Positions 50,402-60,805 are shown, counted from the first letter of the stretch. The stretch is 64,000 nt of DNA from Trueperaceae bacterium (GCA_965213925.1 OZ243927.1:3264001-3328000); one strand, 5' to 3'. Numbers and translations are program-made. Notes: generated by a model not told the origin, from the sequence alone.

Positions 50402-50863
50402 ATGAATCAAACCAATAACGAAACTATCTCTCGAGACTTTACCGCCACCACCTTCGTCGTGTGGCGCAATCAGGTACTTTTGCACTGGCACAAGAAGTCG
50501 CAGGCGTGGTTTCCGTGCGGCGGGCATATCGAAAAGGACGAGCTGCCCGATGAGGCGGCGGTGCGTGAGGTCTTGGAGGAGTCGGGCGTGGCGGTTGAGC
50601 TTGTGGGAGAGAAGACGTTGAACGTGAACGAGCCTAAGCAGCTTGTGAGACCGAGAGGGGTGCAGTTAGAAACCATCGCAAGAGGTCACGAACACATCGA
50701 CCTCATCTACTTCGCGAGACCTGTAGCGGGCTACGAGGGTACGCTACTCGAGACCGACCCCAGCTTGGGCTGGTATGCTCGGGCGGACTTGGCTAAGCTC
50801 GAGCTGACCGAAGAGATTCAGCAGTGGACGGCGCTCGCTTTAGCGGAACTCGCCTCCAGGTAA
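50402..50863 (+). CDS. NUDIX hydrolase
   Basis: GGHIEKDE..AAVREVLEESG, HEHIDLIY. Confidence 0.9.
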   Translation: MNQTNNETISRDFTATTFVVWRNQVLLHWHKKSQAWFPCGGHIEKDELPDEAAVREVLEESGVAVELVGEKTLNVNEPKQLVRPRGVQLETIARGHEHIDLIYFARPVAGYEGTLLETDPSLGWYARADLAKLELTEEIQQWTALALAELASR

Positions 50864-50902
50864 GTCCGCATGAACATATTCTGTATGGACACATGAGGTG
50901 CT

Positions 50903-51985
50903 ATGGACCGTAAAGCTTTGTTACCCCTGCGCCCCGACGCCCTTCCTCTCACTAAGCGCGGAGCGCACGGTGTCGGCGTCGTTACCGAGACGTTCTTCGA
51001 CGAAAGCCGCGACAGACCTCTTACGGTAGAATGCTGGTATCCAGCCGAGGTGCCAGAAGGCACGCGAGAAGCGACGGAGTATGGTCCCGTCTCCTGGCAC
51101 GGTCTCAGCGAGCAGGTGAGCTTCGCAGGTCGGGCGCTCAGGAATAGAGAACCCCACACGCAAGGTGCGCCGACGGTGATTTATGCGCACGGCGCGCCGG
51201 GCTCGAGGCTCCAAGCCACCTACTTGTGCGAGCATCTCGCTTCGCACGGCTTTTTCGTATGCGCAGTTGACTTTACCGCCACGACCTATGGAGACTTCGA
51301 CAGTCAAGCCTATATCTCCGGGCTCATAGACCGACCTCTCGATGTCTCGTTTGTGCTGGACGAACTCGAGAAGAGGTTCAGGGGTGCGGCGAAGACAGCG
51401 CACGCCGCGATCGTCGGTTACTCGTTTGGCGGTTATACGGCGCTGGCGAGTTGCGGTGCTGGCTTCGACTTCGAGCAGCTTAAAGCGCACTCGAACCGGC
51501 GGGATAACATCGGCTACGCGCTGGGCTTTCGGGACCGGCTCGAGCCCGCCAGAGGCAAGCAGAAGGGCTGGCAGGGCGACGCGCGGCTTAAAGCCGCCTT
51601 CGTCATGGCTTCTTGGAACGCGCCCATCTTAGAGCTTGCGCAGGTTTCGGTGCCGCTCTTCGTTGCGGTAGGCGAATACGACGATGTTGCGCCGCTAGGA
51701 CGTGACTCGAGGCGCATCTTCGAGCACGTTTCATCGGAAGAGGTCTACCTGATGGTCTTTGAGCGCGGCGGTCACAACCTCTTCACCAATCCTGGCTTGC
51801 CCGAGTCGCGGCTGAATGAGGAGGCGTGGGCGCACGTGAGCGACGCTGTATGGGACAAAGAGCGCGTGGGCGACCTCATCAAACATGCCGCGCTCGGCTT
51901 TTTGCAGCGTCATCTGTTGGAGCAAGTGAACGGAGCTACCGAACGCCTCAATAACGTGCCGGGGGTGAAGTTGGAGACGCGCTGA
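50903..51985 (+). CDS. Alpha/beta hydrolase (dienelactone hydrolase/PAF-AH-like)
   Basis: HG..G, HLASHGF, GYSFGG nucleophile elbow. Confidence 0.85.
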   Translation: MDRKALLPLRPDALPLTKRGAHGVGVVTETFFDESRDRPLTVECWYPAEVPEGTREATEYGPVSWHGLSEQVSFAGRALRNREPHTQGAPTVIYAHGAPGSRLQATYLCEHLASHGFFVCAVDFTATTYGDFDSQAYISGLIDRPLDVSFVLDELEKRFRGAAKTAHAAIVGYSFGGYTALASCGAGFDFEQLKAHSNRRDNIGYALGFRDRLEPARGKQKGWQGDARLKAAFVMASWNAPILELAQVSVPLFVAVGEYDDVAPLGRDSRRIFEHVSSEEVYLMVFERGGHNLFTNPGLPESRLNEEAWAHVSDAVWDKERVGDLIKHAALGFLQRHLLEQVNGATERLNNVPGVKLETR

Positions 51986-52088
51986 CGTGAAGGGCGAAGC
52001 GTTAGCGTAGAGGAGAACGCAGAGTAGCGGAGGCGGAGGGATGACTTGCCACTCTCCCTTCTGCCCTCTACTTTGCGAGGCTCGAGAC

Positions 52089-52118
52089 TTGACACAGCAT
52101 ACCCGGACTTTATAAAAT
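52089..52118 (+). promoter_or_regulatory. Sigma70-type promoter for tRNA
   Basis: TTGACA at 52089-52094 and TAAAAT at 52113-52118. Confidence 0.7.
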
Positions 52119-52168
52119 CATGTTTGCGCGTTTCGCGCACGGAACCGTCCTCGCATGACCCGTTTTAT

Positions 52169-52239
52169 TGCCCCATCGTCTAACGGCAGGACACCGGATT
52201 TTGGTTCCGTTGATCGAGGTTCGAATCCTCGTGGGGCAG
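52169..52239 (+). tRNA. tRNA-Gln(TTG), CCA not encoded
   Basis: Acceptor TGCCCCA/TGGGGCA, anticodon loop TTTTGGT, GGTTCGAATCC T-arm. Confidence 0.95.
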
Positions 52240-52246
52240 TTATAAG

Positions 52247-52286
52247 GAGCTACGCTTATAACTCAAGCGTAGCTCTCTTCTTTTTC
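52247..52286 (+). terminator. tRNA terminator
   Basis: GAGCTACGCTT..AAGCGTAGCTC then T-rich tail. Confidence 0.8.
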
Positions 52287-52349
52287 CCCTTGCCTTTCTC
52301 GGCGTAACCCTCTACACTTTGAGAAGACATGCAAACTTTGGGGGGAAGC

Positions 52350-52568
52350 ATGATCACGTTCAACTTTATTTTAGGCGTTCTTCTTATCGTTCTAGGTGTA
52401 GCTTCGCTCATCTACGCGCTCAGAGCAAATAAGCCGGGCAAAGCGATGATCGGCGGGGGTGGCGCGGGCATCTTCGTGATGCTGGGCTTCGCTTTTTTCG
52501 CGATGGGGAGCCTTCTCTTTATCTTCGGAATATTAGGGCGCTATTCAGATACCGGGCTCGGCATGTAA
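52350..52568 (+). CDS. Small two-TM membrane protein
   Basis: GGGGGA RBS; hydrophobic helices. Confidence 0.7.
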   Translation: MITFNFILGVLLIVLGVASLIYALRANKPGKAMIGGGGAGIFVMLGFAFFAMGSLLFIFGILGRYSDTGLGM

Positions 52569-52653
52569 AATTGGCATGTGAAACACGCAGTTCGCATTCG
52601 GTTTCGTAGGCCCTAGACTACACACAGCCGCGCGAGCCCGCTATACTCACCTC

Positions 52654-53133
52654 ATGGCTCAACCTAAAACATCCGTCGAATCTTTTAACTTAGACCACAC
52701 CAAAGTCCGCGCGCCCTACGTCCGCTTGGCGGGGCGCTACACTGGACCCAAGGGGGACGAGGTGCGCAAGTTCGATTTGCGCCTCGTGCAGCCTAACCAA
52801 GCCGAAGTGCCCACCGCCGCGCTGCACACCATCGAGCACCTCATGGCGGGCTATCTACGCGACGAACTCGGCGACACCATCGTCGACGCGAGCCCGATGG
52901 GGTGTCGCACTGGCTTTTACCTCACCGCGCTAGGCACGCCGAGCGAAGAGGAGGTCCAGCAGGCGCTCGGTCACGCGCTTAGGGCAATCACCGAGCACGA
53001 CGGACCGATTCCGGGCTGTAGCGAGCTGGAATGCGGCAACTACCGCGATCATTCTCTCTTAGGCGCAAAGGCGTGGGCTGAGGATATCCTTAAACGGGAT
53101 ATCATCGTGCAGCCCACGATTCCGCTGAGCTAG
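52654..53133 (+). CDS. luxS: S-ribosylhomocysteine lyase
   Basis: VESFNLDHTKV, HTIEH, PMGCRTGFY, CGNY. Confidence 0.97.
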   Translation: MAQPKTSVESFNLDHTKVRAPYVRLAGRYTGPKGDEVRKFDLRLVQPNQAEVPTAALHTIEHLMAGYLRDELGDTIVDASPMGCRTGFYLTALGTPSEEEVQQALGHALRAITEHDGPIPGCSELECGNYRDHSLLGAKAWAEDILKRDIIVQPTIPLS

Positions 53134-53225
53134 CAGGTTACTTCGTTCCGTAGGCTTCGCTTCGCGGAGATAGCTTCGCTTAATCAAAGTCTGTCTCACT
53201 AGCGTTCGGTTCACGAAGTCTCTGC

Positions 53226-53297
53226 GCAGCAGCGGTGGTCGCAAACGCTCTCACTATAAAAATACTGTGTAACATACACGTTCTGAGATGATAGCTG
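53226..53297 (+). repeat. Repeat family 2, degenerate copy
   Basis: CTCTCACT...CACGTTCTGAGATGATAGCTG matches right end of the 33590 copy. Confidence 0.6.
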
Positions 53298-53431
53298 TGA
53301 TCCTTCCCTTAGACATAATGCGTAACTATCGAGCTAACGCAGTATATGTGAGTGCAAAGTGAGAGGAAGTCTAAGTTTTCTCTCACTTTCTCATTAAGTC
53401 TCTCATGGTCGGGGTGACTATAATCGCTTTT

Positions 53432-54109
53432 ATGGACCGCAAACCGCTCGTTCTTATCGTAGAGGACGAAAAAGACATCGCAAAATTTATCGACCTGGAG
53501 CTGCAAGCCGAGTCTTACGAGACCAACGTCACCTACGACGGGGTCACGGGCTTGTCCAAGTTCCGCGAACTCAACCCCGACCTCGTCGTATTGGACCTTA
53601 TGTTGCCCGTTTTGGACGGGCTTGAGGTGGCGCGCCGCATCCGCAAAACGAGCAATACCCCCATTATCATCCTGACCGCTAAGGATAGCGTGGACGATAA
53701 GGTCATGGGGCTCGACTCGGGCGCGGACGACTATTTAGTTAAGCCCTTCTCCATCGAGGAGCTTCTAGCCCGCGTGCGGGCGCATTTGCGCCGCGTCAAC
53801 CCAGCTGTCACGGGCGAGGTGCGCGTCGCGGACTTGGTGATGAACTTGGACGGGCGCGAGGTCTTCCGCGACGGACGCCGCATCGAGCTGTCCGCCAAAG
53901 AGTTCGAACTTTTAGAGCTTTTCGCCCGCAACCCCGGTAAGGTCTTTAACCGCTTCGAGATCGAGGAGAAGGTCTGGCCCGAGTACACGGGCGGCAGCAA
54001 CGTCGTGGACGTGTACGTCGGCTACTTGCGCCGTAAGTTGGAGGGCGAGGGCGAACGCCGCCTCATCCACACCGTGCGCGGCGTGGGCTACGTGTTGAGA
54101 GAAGAGTAG
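53432..54109 (+). CDS. OmpR-family response regulator (DrRRA-like)
   Basis: [40 protein letters not shown]. Confidence 0.95.
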   Translation: MDRKPLVLIVEDEKDIAKFIDLELQAESYETNVTYDGVTGLSKFRELNPDLVVLDLMLPVLDGLEVARRIRKTSNTPIIILTAKDSVDDKVMGLDSGADDYLVKPFSIEELLARVRAHLRRVNPAVTGEVRVADLVMNLDGREVFRDGRRIELSAKEFELLELFARNPGKVFNRFEIEEKVWPEYTGGSNVVDVYVGYLRRKLEGEGERRLIHTVRGVGYVLREE

Positions 54110-54410
54110 CCTCATATGAGCGCGTCGCTGCGACGCGCGGATAAGGCGGCGCCGGCGTGGTAAAAGTCGCTGGTGTAGTTAGAATGGTCACACTGTCGCC
54201 TCGCCGCGTCCATTACTTTCTATTCTCATACTAAGGCGATAGACTGCCCTTAGCGTTATACTGAGCGCCGCAAACATTTCATCTTTAGGTCAAAGTGAGT
54301 CAACCCGCGAGAAAATTATGGCATCAATCAATATCGGGCGTCGTGTACGCTCTCAACGTTCACGTGCGCACAACACCACGAGTAAAAGTGGGGACCTGGA
54401 GAACTCCCGC

Positions 54411-55862
54411 ATGTCCCTAAGAATCCGCCTCACCCTCTTCTTTACGCTCTTTCTGGCGTTCGTTTTGACGGTCGCCGCCGCCGTCGTCTACGGCTTTACG
54501 CAGCGCTCTATTCTGGAGTCGGTGGAGACGAGGGCGAATCAGACCTACCGCGACCTCTTCTCAAACGTTCAGGACAACTCCGACTCGCGCTTCTTGAGCG
54601 GCTGGGCGCAAGGATTGTCTAACGACGGTATCTACTACGTGACTGTGGGACAACCGACGAGCAAAGAGGACTTTCAGACGTTCTTTCAGTACGCTCGTCC
54701 GCGCGGTTATAATACGTTTGTGCCGGTGAACGCCGCGAATACGATTTCGAGCGAGCTGAGCAGCGCCGACTTCCGAACGCTCCTCGAGACCGGCTCGCTC
54801 GTGACGCGAATCAGTACGGAGGACGGAGACGAACTCTTGGTGCGCGCGGGCAGGGGCACCTTTCGGTTTGGCGAGCTGACCCTCGACGCCTCTGCACTCC
54901 TGATGGTGGGCTTGCCCGTGCCGACAGATACCTTAGCGCAACTTAGGCGCAACTTGGTCTACACGGTGCTCATCGCCTTCGTTATCTTTGCGCTCGGCGT
55001 CTATCTGCTCTCTTCGCGCGTGCTGTTGCCGCTTAAAAGGGTGACGACGGCGGCGTCTAGGGTCAGCTCTCAAGACCTCTCGCAGCGTGTACCCGTTCCT
55101 AAAAGCCGCGACGAGGTCGGCGAGCTGTCGGTGACGCTCAACCGGATGCTAGACAGGCTCCAGGAGTCCTTCGACACCCAGCGCCGCTTCACCGCCGACG
55201 CCAGTCACGAACTGCGCACGCCCGTGACCGTCATCGCCGGGCACGTCAACTACCTCTTGCGGCGCACGCAGCCGAGCCCGGAGCAGACCGAATCGCTCAC
55301 GACGGTGCGTAACGAAGCGACGCGCATGGCGAAACTCGTCAACGACCTTTTGGAACTCGCGCGGGCGGACGCAGGCTTCAAGGTCGAACGCGAACCTCTC
55401 AACCTCGTCGAAATCGCTGAGACCGTCCACCGAGAGGTTGCGCCCGTCGCTAAGGGCGCAGAGGTGTCCGTCCATTCGCCTCATCCCCTCATCGAAGTCG
55501 CGGGGGACGCGGCGCGGCTTAAACAAGTCGTACTCAACCTCGTACAGAACGCCCTTAACGCAGGCGCTAAACACATCACGATTTCGCTCTCCGAGGAGCA
55601 GGGGCGGGCGCGGCTCGAGGTCCTAGACGACGGTCCCGGCATCCCCAAAGACGCCATCCCCAACCTCTTCGACCGCTTCTACCGCGTTGACGGCGCGCGC
55701 TCCACGCGGGGCAACGGGAGCGGTCTGGGTTTAGCCATCGTCAAGTGGATCGTTAAAGAGCATGGCGGCGAAGTGACCGTGGAGTCGGGTTTGGGCGAAG
55801 GAACGGTCTTTACGGTAATGTTGCCGCTTCTGGAGCCTGCCGAGATGCACCGGGCGGCGTGA
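54411..55862 (+). CDS. Sensor histidine kinase (HAMP-HisKA-HATPase)
   Basis: Two TMs, ASHELRTP, NLVQNA, DDGPG, GSGLGL. Confidence 0.95.
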   Translation: MSLRIRLTLFFTLFLAFVLTVAAAVVYGFTQRSILESVETRANQTYRDLFSNVQDNSDSRFLSGWAQGLSNDGIYYVTVGQPTSKEDFQTFFQYARPRGYNTFVPVNAANTISSELSSADFRTLLETGSLVTRISTEDGDELLVRAGRGTFRFGELTLDASALLMVGLPVPTDTLAQLRRNLVYTVLIAFVIFALGVYLLSSRVLLPLKRVTTAASRVSSQDLSQRVPVPKSRDEVGELSVTLNRMLDRLQESFDTQRRFTADASHELRTPVTVIAGHVNYLLRRTQPSPEQTESLTTVRNEATRMAKLVNDLLELARADAGFKVEREPLNLVEIAETVHREVAPVAKGAEVSVHSPHPLIEVAGDAARLKQVVLNLVQNALNAGAKHITISLSEEQGRARLEVLDDGPGIPKDAIPNLFDRFYRVDGARSTRGNGSGLGLAIVKWIVKEHGGEVTVESGLGEGTVFTVMLPLLEPAEMHRAA

Positions 55863-55877
55863 AGACAAGATGTGTTT

Positions 55878-56507
55878 TTACTCCCGGATGTAGACCTCTC
55901 CGTCACGTAGCACGATAAAGGGAAGTTTCTGCTCGAGAAAAAACGTAACGACCTCTTCATTGGCATTGGATTCTGGATGGTCTGACCTGTAGTGCGGCAC
56001 GACGCTGAAAGGGACCAGTCCTAGACCTTCCCAAACGACCTCTTTCCTATATCCCGCTGGCACGGTCTCGGGTTCGTCAACGAGATGAATCCCTCTCAGC
56101 GTGGGCGTCACGGCGCAAGCGCCCGCGCTGTAGCCTGCGTAGACGAAGGACCCGTCTTGCTCGAGCAGTATTTTGTCGAGCCCGCTCTCTTTTATGGCGC
56201 GTCCTTTTATGGCGCGTCTGAGGATAAAGGTGTTGCCGCCGACCACCCATAGGGCGTCGAGCTGGTTGACAACGTCGCGGAGGATGTCCGGGGCTCCAAA
56301 GTACCGCCTCAAATCGACCTCTTCGGGATGTAGTCCGAGGCTGCGTAGGTCGTCAAACTCACGCGCTCGCCCCTCGTCCAATCTCTTTACATCGTCGGAG
56401 TAGTCTAGCGCGTTACGAACTACGCCTATGCGCTTTTCTCCTGAAACGAGTCTTCCTAAACGTACCGCATCGTTACCGAGTCGGTATGAAGAGAGATAGA
56501 GCTTCAA
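55878..56507 (-). CDS. Peptidase S51 / PepE-like class I glutamine amidotransferase-like protein
   Basis: MKLYLSSY, GGNTFIL, GYSAGA, PHY. Confidence 0.85.
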   Translation of the reverse strand: MKLYLSSYRLGNDAVRLGRLVSGEKRIGVVRNALDYSDDVKRLDEGRAREFDDLRSLGLHPEEVDLRRYFGAPDILRDVVNQLDALWVVGGNTFILRRAIKGRAIKESGLDKILLEQDGSFVYAGYSAGACAVTPTLRGIHLVDEPETVPAGYRKEVVWEGLGLVPFSVVPHYRSDHPESNANEEVVTFFLEQKLPFIVLRDGEVYIRE

Positions 56508-56935
56508 TCCTCTTCCTCGTCGGGCGGACCCAGTGCCCCTTTCGCCTTGTAGGTCTGCATCTTCTCGCTCAGCTCCGAGGACAGCTCGCCGATGCGCCCC
56601 TCCATGCGCCCTTGCAGCGTGTCGAGTTCGCGGCGCAAGCGGATAATCTCCTCGACGCCTGCTAGGTTGACGCCCAGCTCCTGGGTGAGCCGCCGAATCT
56701 CGCGTAGGTGGGTGATGTCGCGCTGCGAGTAGAGGCGCGTTTTGCCGGACGAGCGGCTCGGCTCGATTAGGCCTTTGCGTTCGTAAAGACGCAAGGTCTG
56801 CGGGTGCATATCGACGAGTTCCGCCGCCACACTGATGACGTAGAGCGGTTTGTCTTGACTGACGCCAGACCTAACCTCTTGCTCGTTCGTTTCATCTACG
56901 CTGTTGTCATCCGCACTGTTCACGTCGTCACTCAT
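56504..56935 (-). CDS. hspR: Heat-shock repressor HspR (MerR family)
   Basis: [29 protein letters not shown]; downstream of a dnaJ-family gene. Confidence 0.92.
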   Translation of the reverse strand: MSDDVNSADDNSVDETNEQEVRSGVSQDKPLYVISVAAELVDMHPQTLRLYERKGLIEPSRSSGKTRLYSQRDITHLREIRRLTQELGVNLAGVEEIIRLRRELDTLQGRMEGRIGELSSELSEKMQTYKAKGALGPPDEEED

Positions 56936-56968
56936 AGCGTCCTCTCTCACCCCAGACCCTTACCATCC

Positions 56969-57904
56969 TCAACTTAGCGCGCTGCGCACCCGCCGCCACA
57001 ACCCGGACCACACGCCGATGCGGAGCGTCGCGAGCAGGTCGTTGCCACCTAGCCCGCCGCCCGGCACGCGGATAAGTTGACCGTCGGTCGCGCCTGGCGG
57101 GACGGTCACGTCGACGCCTAAAAACTCCGTCGTCACGCCGCGCTCCGCTTCGAAGGGCGTGACCGAGAGGTCGGCGTGGAGCGTGCCGTTCTCCAAGCGG
57201 GCGTGGGGCGGCAAGGCGGCGCGGAGCGTCACAAAGGCGTCTCCTGGCGGGCGTCCCGGTCCGCCGAGTTCTTTGAGGCGCAGCTTGAGACCGTCTTTCG
57301 CCCCGGCAGGAATCTTCACCTCGACCTCCGCGCCGCCGCGCTGATAGCCGCGTCCGCCGCACACTTCACACATGCGTCCGCTGTTCAAGACGCCCTTGCC
57401 GTGGCACGTCGCGCAGACGCTGGGACCAGGGATGCGCACGCGCCGCACGCTGCCCTGCCGCAGTTCGGAAAGCTGCGCTTGTATCCCGACCTCTTTATTT
57501 TCACCCGGCAGCATCCCCGAGGTGCGCATCATCCCCGTCATCGCGCCGAAGAGCGCGTCAAACACGGCGTTGCCCGTGCGCGGCACGGCGTCGCGCTGGC
57601 TCCAATCGATATTGATATCCGCCTCTTGAAAAATCGTTTGCCAGTCCACCGTGTTAAAGTCGGGGCGGCTCGCCTGCGGGCGTGTGCTGCCGAAGCGGTC
57701 GTAGCGGGCCCTAGCCTCGGGGTCGCGGAGCGTCGCGTAAGCCTCGCTGATCTCCTTGAAGCGTTCTTCGGCGTCCTTGTCGCCTGGGTTGCGGTCGGGG
57801 TGGTACTCCAAAGCCAAGCGGCGGTACGCCGTCTTAATCTTGGTGGCGTCAGCGCTGCTCGTAAGCCCGAGTACCTCGTACGGATTGCGAAGCGTTTTAG
57901 TCAC
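56969..57904 (-). CDS. dnaJ: DnaJ-family co-chaperone
   Basis: J domain with HPD, two CxxCxGxG motifs, DnaJ C-terminal domain. Confidence 0.85.
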   Translation of the reverse strand: MTKTLRNPYEVLGLTSSADATKIKTAYRRLALEYHPDRNPGDKDAEERFKEISEAYATLRDPEARARYDRFGSTRPQASRPDFNTVDWQTIFQEADINIDWSQRDAVPRTGNAVFDALFGAMTGMMRTSGMLPGENKEVGIQAQLSELRQGSVRRVRIPGPSVCATCHGKGVLNSGRMCEVCGGRGYQRGGAEVEVKIPAGAKDGLKLRLKELGGPGRPPGDAFVTLRAALPPHARLENGTLHADLSVTPFEAERGVTTEFLGVDVTVPPGATDGQLIRVPGGGLGGNDLLATLRIGVWSGLWRRVRSALS

Positions 57905-57922
57905 TAAGTTTAATATACATTA

Positions 57923-57943
57923 TTTGAGTGTTATCGTGTCAAT
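57923..57943. promoter_or_regulatory. HAIR-like HspR operator overlapping the -35 of the dnaJ-hspR promoter
   Basis: TTGAGT-N7-TGTCAA versus HAIR consensus CTTGAGT-N7-ACTCAAG. Confidence 0.7.
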
Positions 57944-58131
57944 TTAGCTCGAGTCAACAGCGGTGACGTACGGGCGTAAACGTGACGATGCGTCGTGAGC
58001 AGACGGTCTTCAGCGTTGCCGTTCTACCGGCTACCAGTTCCTGATGACTTCAACGACTTTCTTCTGGCAACACCGCGCTCCCGCCTCACGCGCGCTATAC
58101 TCGAGCTACAAAACTCTCAGGAGGCTCAACC

Positions 58132-58485
58132 GTGCAAACCCTTCGCGTAACGAAAAAGAAACTCCTTCTCGCCTTGACGCTTCTACTCCTCGTCGGCGCA
58201 CTCGCAAGCTGCCGCAACGAGACCCAGAACCGCATCCGCCGCGACATCCAAGACTTTACGGGCGGACGTATGTTCATCACGCTCTACTCGCTCGACGGCA
58301 CGCCCATTTATAGCAGCACGGTGGACGGCAAGGTGACGCGCGCCTCGGGCTCGCTCGCGAACAGCAACGAGAACGCGGCGGGCAACTACATCTTCTGGTT
58401 CGACGAGACCGGGCAGTATCACCAGAGCGACTTGCCCTACCTCGTCACCTCGAATCAGCGAGACGCAGGGTCCGGAGAGCAGTGA
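58132..58485 (+). CDS. Hypothetical lipoprotein
   Basis: AGGAGG RBS, lipobox LASC. Confidence 0.8.
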   Translation: MQTLRVTKKKLLLALTLLLLVGALASCRNETQNRIRRDIQDFTGGRMFITLYSLDGTPIYSSTVDGKVTRASGSLANSNENAAGNYIFWFDETGQYHQSDLPYLVTSNQRDAGSGEQ

Positions 58486-58560
58486 ACTATCTTTGTCATG
58501 AATAAGAAGGGTGGACTAAAGATACTACACTGACGACTTTATTGTGACACCTTCTTATCT

Positions 58561-58670
58561 GGTATCGCCCGGTTCACAAGGTAAGACGAAGTCCCTGTCG
58601 TCGTAGGTCGAAGTCTCTCCCTTCGGCAAGCTCAGGGCAAGCTCCACGCTCGTGTAGGGCTTAGAATGAC
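58561..58670. repeat. Repeat family 1, degenerate/partial copy
   Basis: Ends in AGAATGAC; contains GCTCAGGGCA, reverse complement of TGCCCTGAGC in copy c; left boundary approximate. Confidence 0.55.
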
Positions 58671-58919
58671 GTGAATTGAGCTGACAAACGACGCTGGCGA
58701 CGAGAGGTCGTGATCGGCTCGATGCAAAGGTCCAAAGTCGATAAAAACCTCTTCATGAAACGCTTAGGCGCGGCTTAATGGAGGCTTGCTACACTGCCTT
58801 GTTAAGCCGCGCCTAATGGTGCGATACGTTGGAGTCGTTCATTTAGCCTCGAGCCACCCGCATAACCCTTTCGACCCGCATAACCCTCTCGCGGCGTCAC
58901 CATCAAGAGGAGATTATTC

Positions 58920-59432
58920 ATGAACCTTCGTTTTACCTTCTATTTCATCGCTTTGAGTGCACTCCTATCGGCGTGCACCATCTACGTCGCCCCAGACGGC
59001 ACGACGGTCAGCCCCGGCTTGGGCGGTCAAGAGTACGACATCATCACCGAGTTCGAGCCGGATAGGGGCGACGGCGCGAGCTACAGCATCGGCGACGACA
59101 TCAGCTTCCGCGTGCGCACCACCCGCGACGGCTACCTCACGCTGACCTCGCTCAACCCCGACGGCTCCATCGACGTGTTTGGGCGTAATATCTTCGTGAG
59201 AGGGGGCAGGACGAACCTCATCCCAGGCGTAGACAGCCGCGTGAGCTACGAAATCGGCGGACCGAGCGGCACCCATAGAGTCCGCGCCTCCTTCACGCCG
59301 CGCGAAACCGACACGGAGCGCGTCATTTATAGAGGACGTAGCGGCGAGGATGTCTGGACGCAGACCATCGAGAGCGACACTCGCAGCTACGACGTACGTG
59401 ACGTGGCGCAGACGCGCTTCTACGTCCGCTGA
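58920..59432 (+). CDS. DUF4384-like lipoprotein
   Basis: Lipobox LSAC; YSIGDDISFRV..DGYLTL..PDG. Confidence 0.8.
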   Translation: MNLRFTFYFIALSALLSACTIYVAPDGTTVSPGLGGQEYDIITEFEPDRGDGASYSIGDDISFRVRTTRDGYLTLTSLNPDGSIDVFGRNIFVRGGRTNLIPGVDSRVSYEIGGPSGTHRVRASFTPRETDTERVIYRGRSGEDVWTQTIESDTRSYDVRDVAQTRFYVR

Positions 59433-59526
59433 TTCAATTTGTGAACTTCGCGATACCGCTAAGTTTAGGCACATCTCAGACAAGGGTCACGCCGCCGCGC
59501 GTGCCTTTTGTCTATAGTGAGCTGTC

Positions 59527-60612
59527 ATGACCGCTGTCCTGCGCTTTTGCTGCGCCCTTTTGCTACTCAGTCTCGCCGACGCCCCGGTTTTCGCTCAGGT
59601 TTTTTCCGCGACGTATAGGCCTATCGCGGCGGACGTGCGCCTCGAGCGCGACCTCTTAGAACTCACGAATGCGGAGCGCAGGCGAGCGGGTCTACGTACG
59701 CTTTTGCCCGACGACGCCTTGGCGCTCGCCGCCCGCCACCACGCCCGAGAGATGGCGACCTTGAACTACTTCTCGCACAGCTCGCCTACGCCGAGTAGCG
59801 CGACCTTGAGGCAGCGCGTGGCGCAAGCGGGCTCGGCGGCGACGGGCATCGGCGAGAATTTAGCGCTGGTCGGATCGGAAGACGCAGCGCGGGCGAGCGT
59901 TCAAGGGTGGATGGAGAGCCCTGGACATAGGGAAAATTTGCTCAGGTCCGACTACACCCACGTCGGCTTCGGCACGGCGGAAGGTGCCGACGGGCGCGTT
60001 TTCGTTGCGCAGGTTCTGGCGGTGCAGCCCGCCGAAGTGCAGCGCGCGGAGGTGACCTCGAGGCTCCAAGAGAGCTATCTCATCGAGGTCGAACTCACGG
60101 TCGCCGAGACGAAAGAGATCGCGCTTTTTCACGGCACGACCTCCTTGCCCTCACAGGTCTTGGGCGCGGGCAAGCACGTTTTGAGCTTCTTTGCGCAGGA
60201 CGCGCAGCCGCTCCAGTTGCGCGTCGGCGTACGCGAGCCCGGCGCGTCTGGCGGCTTTATCCAGCACGACGACGGTTGGCTGAGCGGGGACGGGCGCTGG
60301 CGCTCCTCGGGGAGTGCACCGCGCAGCCTCGCTAGGGTTGACCGGGTCTCGCGCCGCCTCCGGGTGAGCCGCGTGTACCGCGCCGACCTCACGTTCGTCA
60401 CGCAACCGGAGAATCCGGTCGGCGTCTGGCTCGCCGGAGAATACATCGAACCTGAAGTGAGGGGACGTACGCTCAGCGTGAGCATCCCGAGCACCTTGGG
60501 CGCGGCGACGCTCGACCTCGGGGAGCAGATGCCGGATGGACGCTACAGGTTGATTTACAAGTTGCAGCTCGAGGTTAGAAACGGCGTACCGAGGCTCGCG
60601 CCAGCGCCGTAA
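59527..60612 (+). CDS. CAP (SCP-like) domain secreted protein
   Basis: NAERRRAG, AARHHAREM, YFSH, GENLA, WMESPGHRENLL. Confidence 0.9.
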   Translation: MTAVLRFCCALLLLSLADAPVFAQVFSATYRPIAADVRLERDLLELTNAERRRAGLRTLLPDDALALAARHHAREMATLNYFSHSSPTPSSATLRQRVAQAGSAATGIGENLALVGSEDAARASVQGWMESPGHRENLLRSDYTHVGFGTAEGADGRVFVAQVLAVQPAEVQRAEVTSRLQESYLIEVELTVAETKEIALFHGTTSLPSQVLGAGKHVLSFFAQDAQPLQLRVGVREPGASGGFIQHDDGWLSGDGRWRSSGSAPRSLARVDRVSRRLRVSRVYRADLTFVTQPENPVGVWLAGEYIEPEVRGRTLSVSIPSTLGAATLDLGEQMPDGRYRLIYKLQLEVRNGVPRLAPAP

Positions 60613-60667
60613 GGGTAGAGCGCTCGTCCTTGAAAGGACCGTAGAAGAGCGTGGCAAAGCTGGTTGT

Positions 60668-60805
60668 CGCGCTCTTCTATTTGGTAGTGAGTCAAGGTCA
60701 CGCGCCTAGTGAGCGGAATCTAACTCCCGCAAACAAGGGGTTGCAACCCCTTGTTTGCAACCCCTTGTTCATATTCAGTGAGCATGCCGGAGAAAGCCAC
60801 TACCC
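60668..60805. mobile_element. REP-centred MITE-like element, inverted copy with 14-bp internal duplication
   Basis: Reverse complement of 18177-18300; TTGCAACCCCTTGT duplicated at 60741-60768. Confidence 0.75.

Noticed and set aside
2515..60805. Palindromic repeats as a CRISPR array
   Set aside because: Dispersed single copies, no regular spacers, no cas genes
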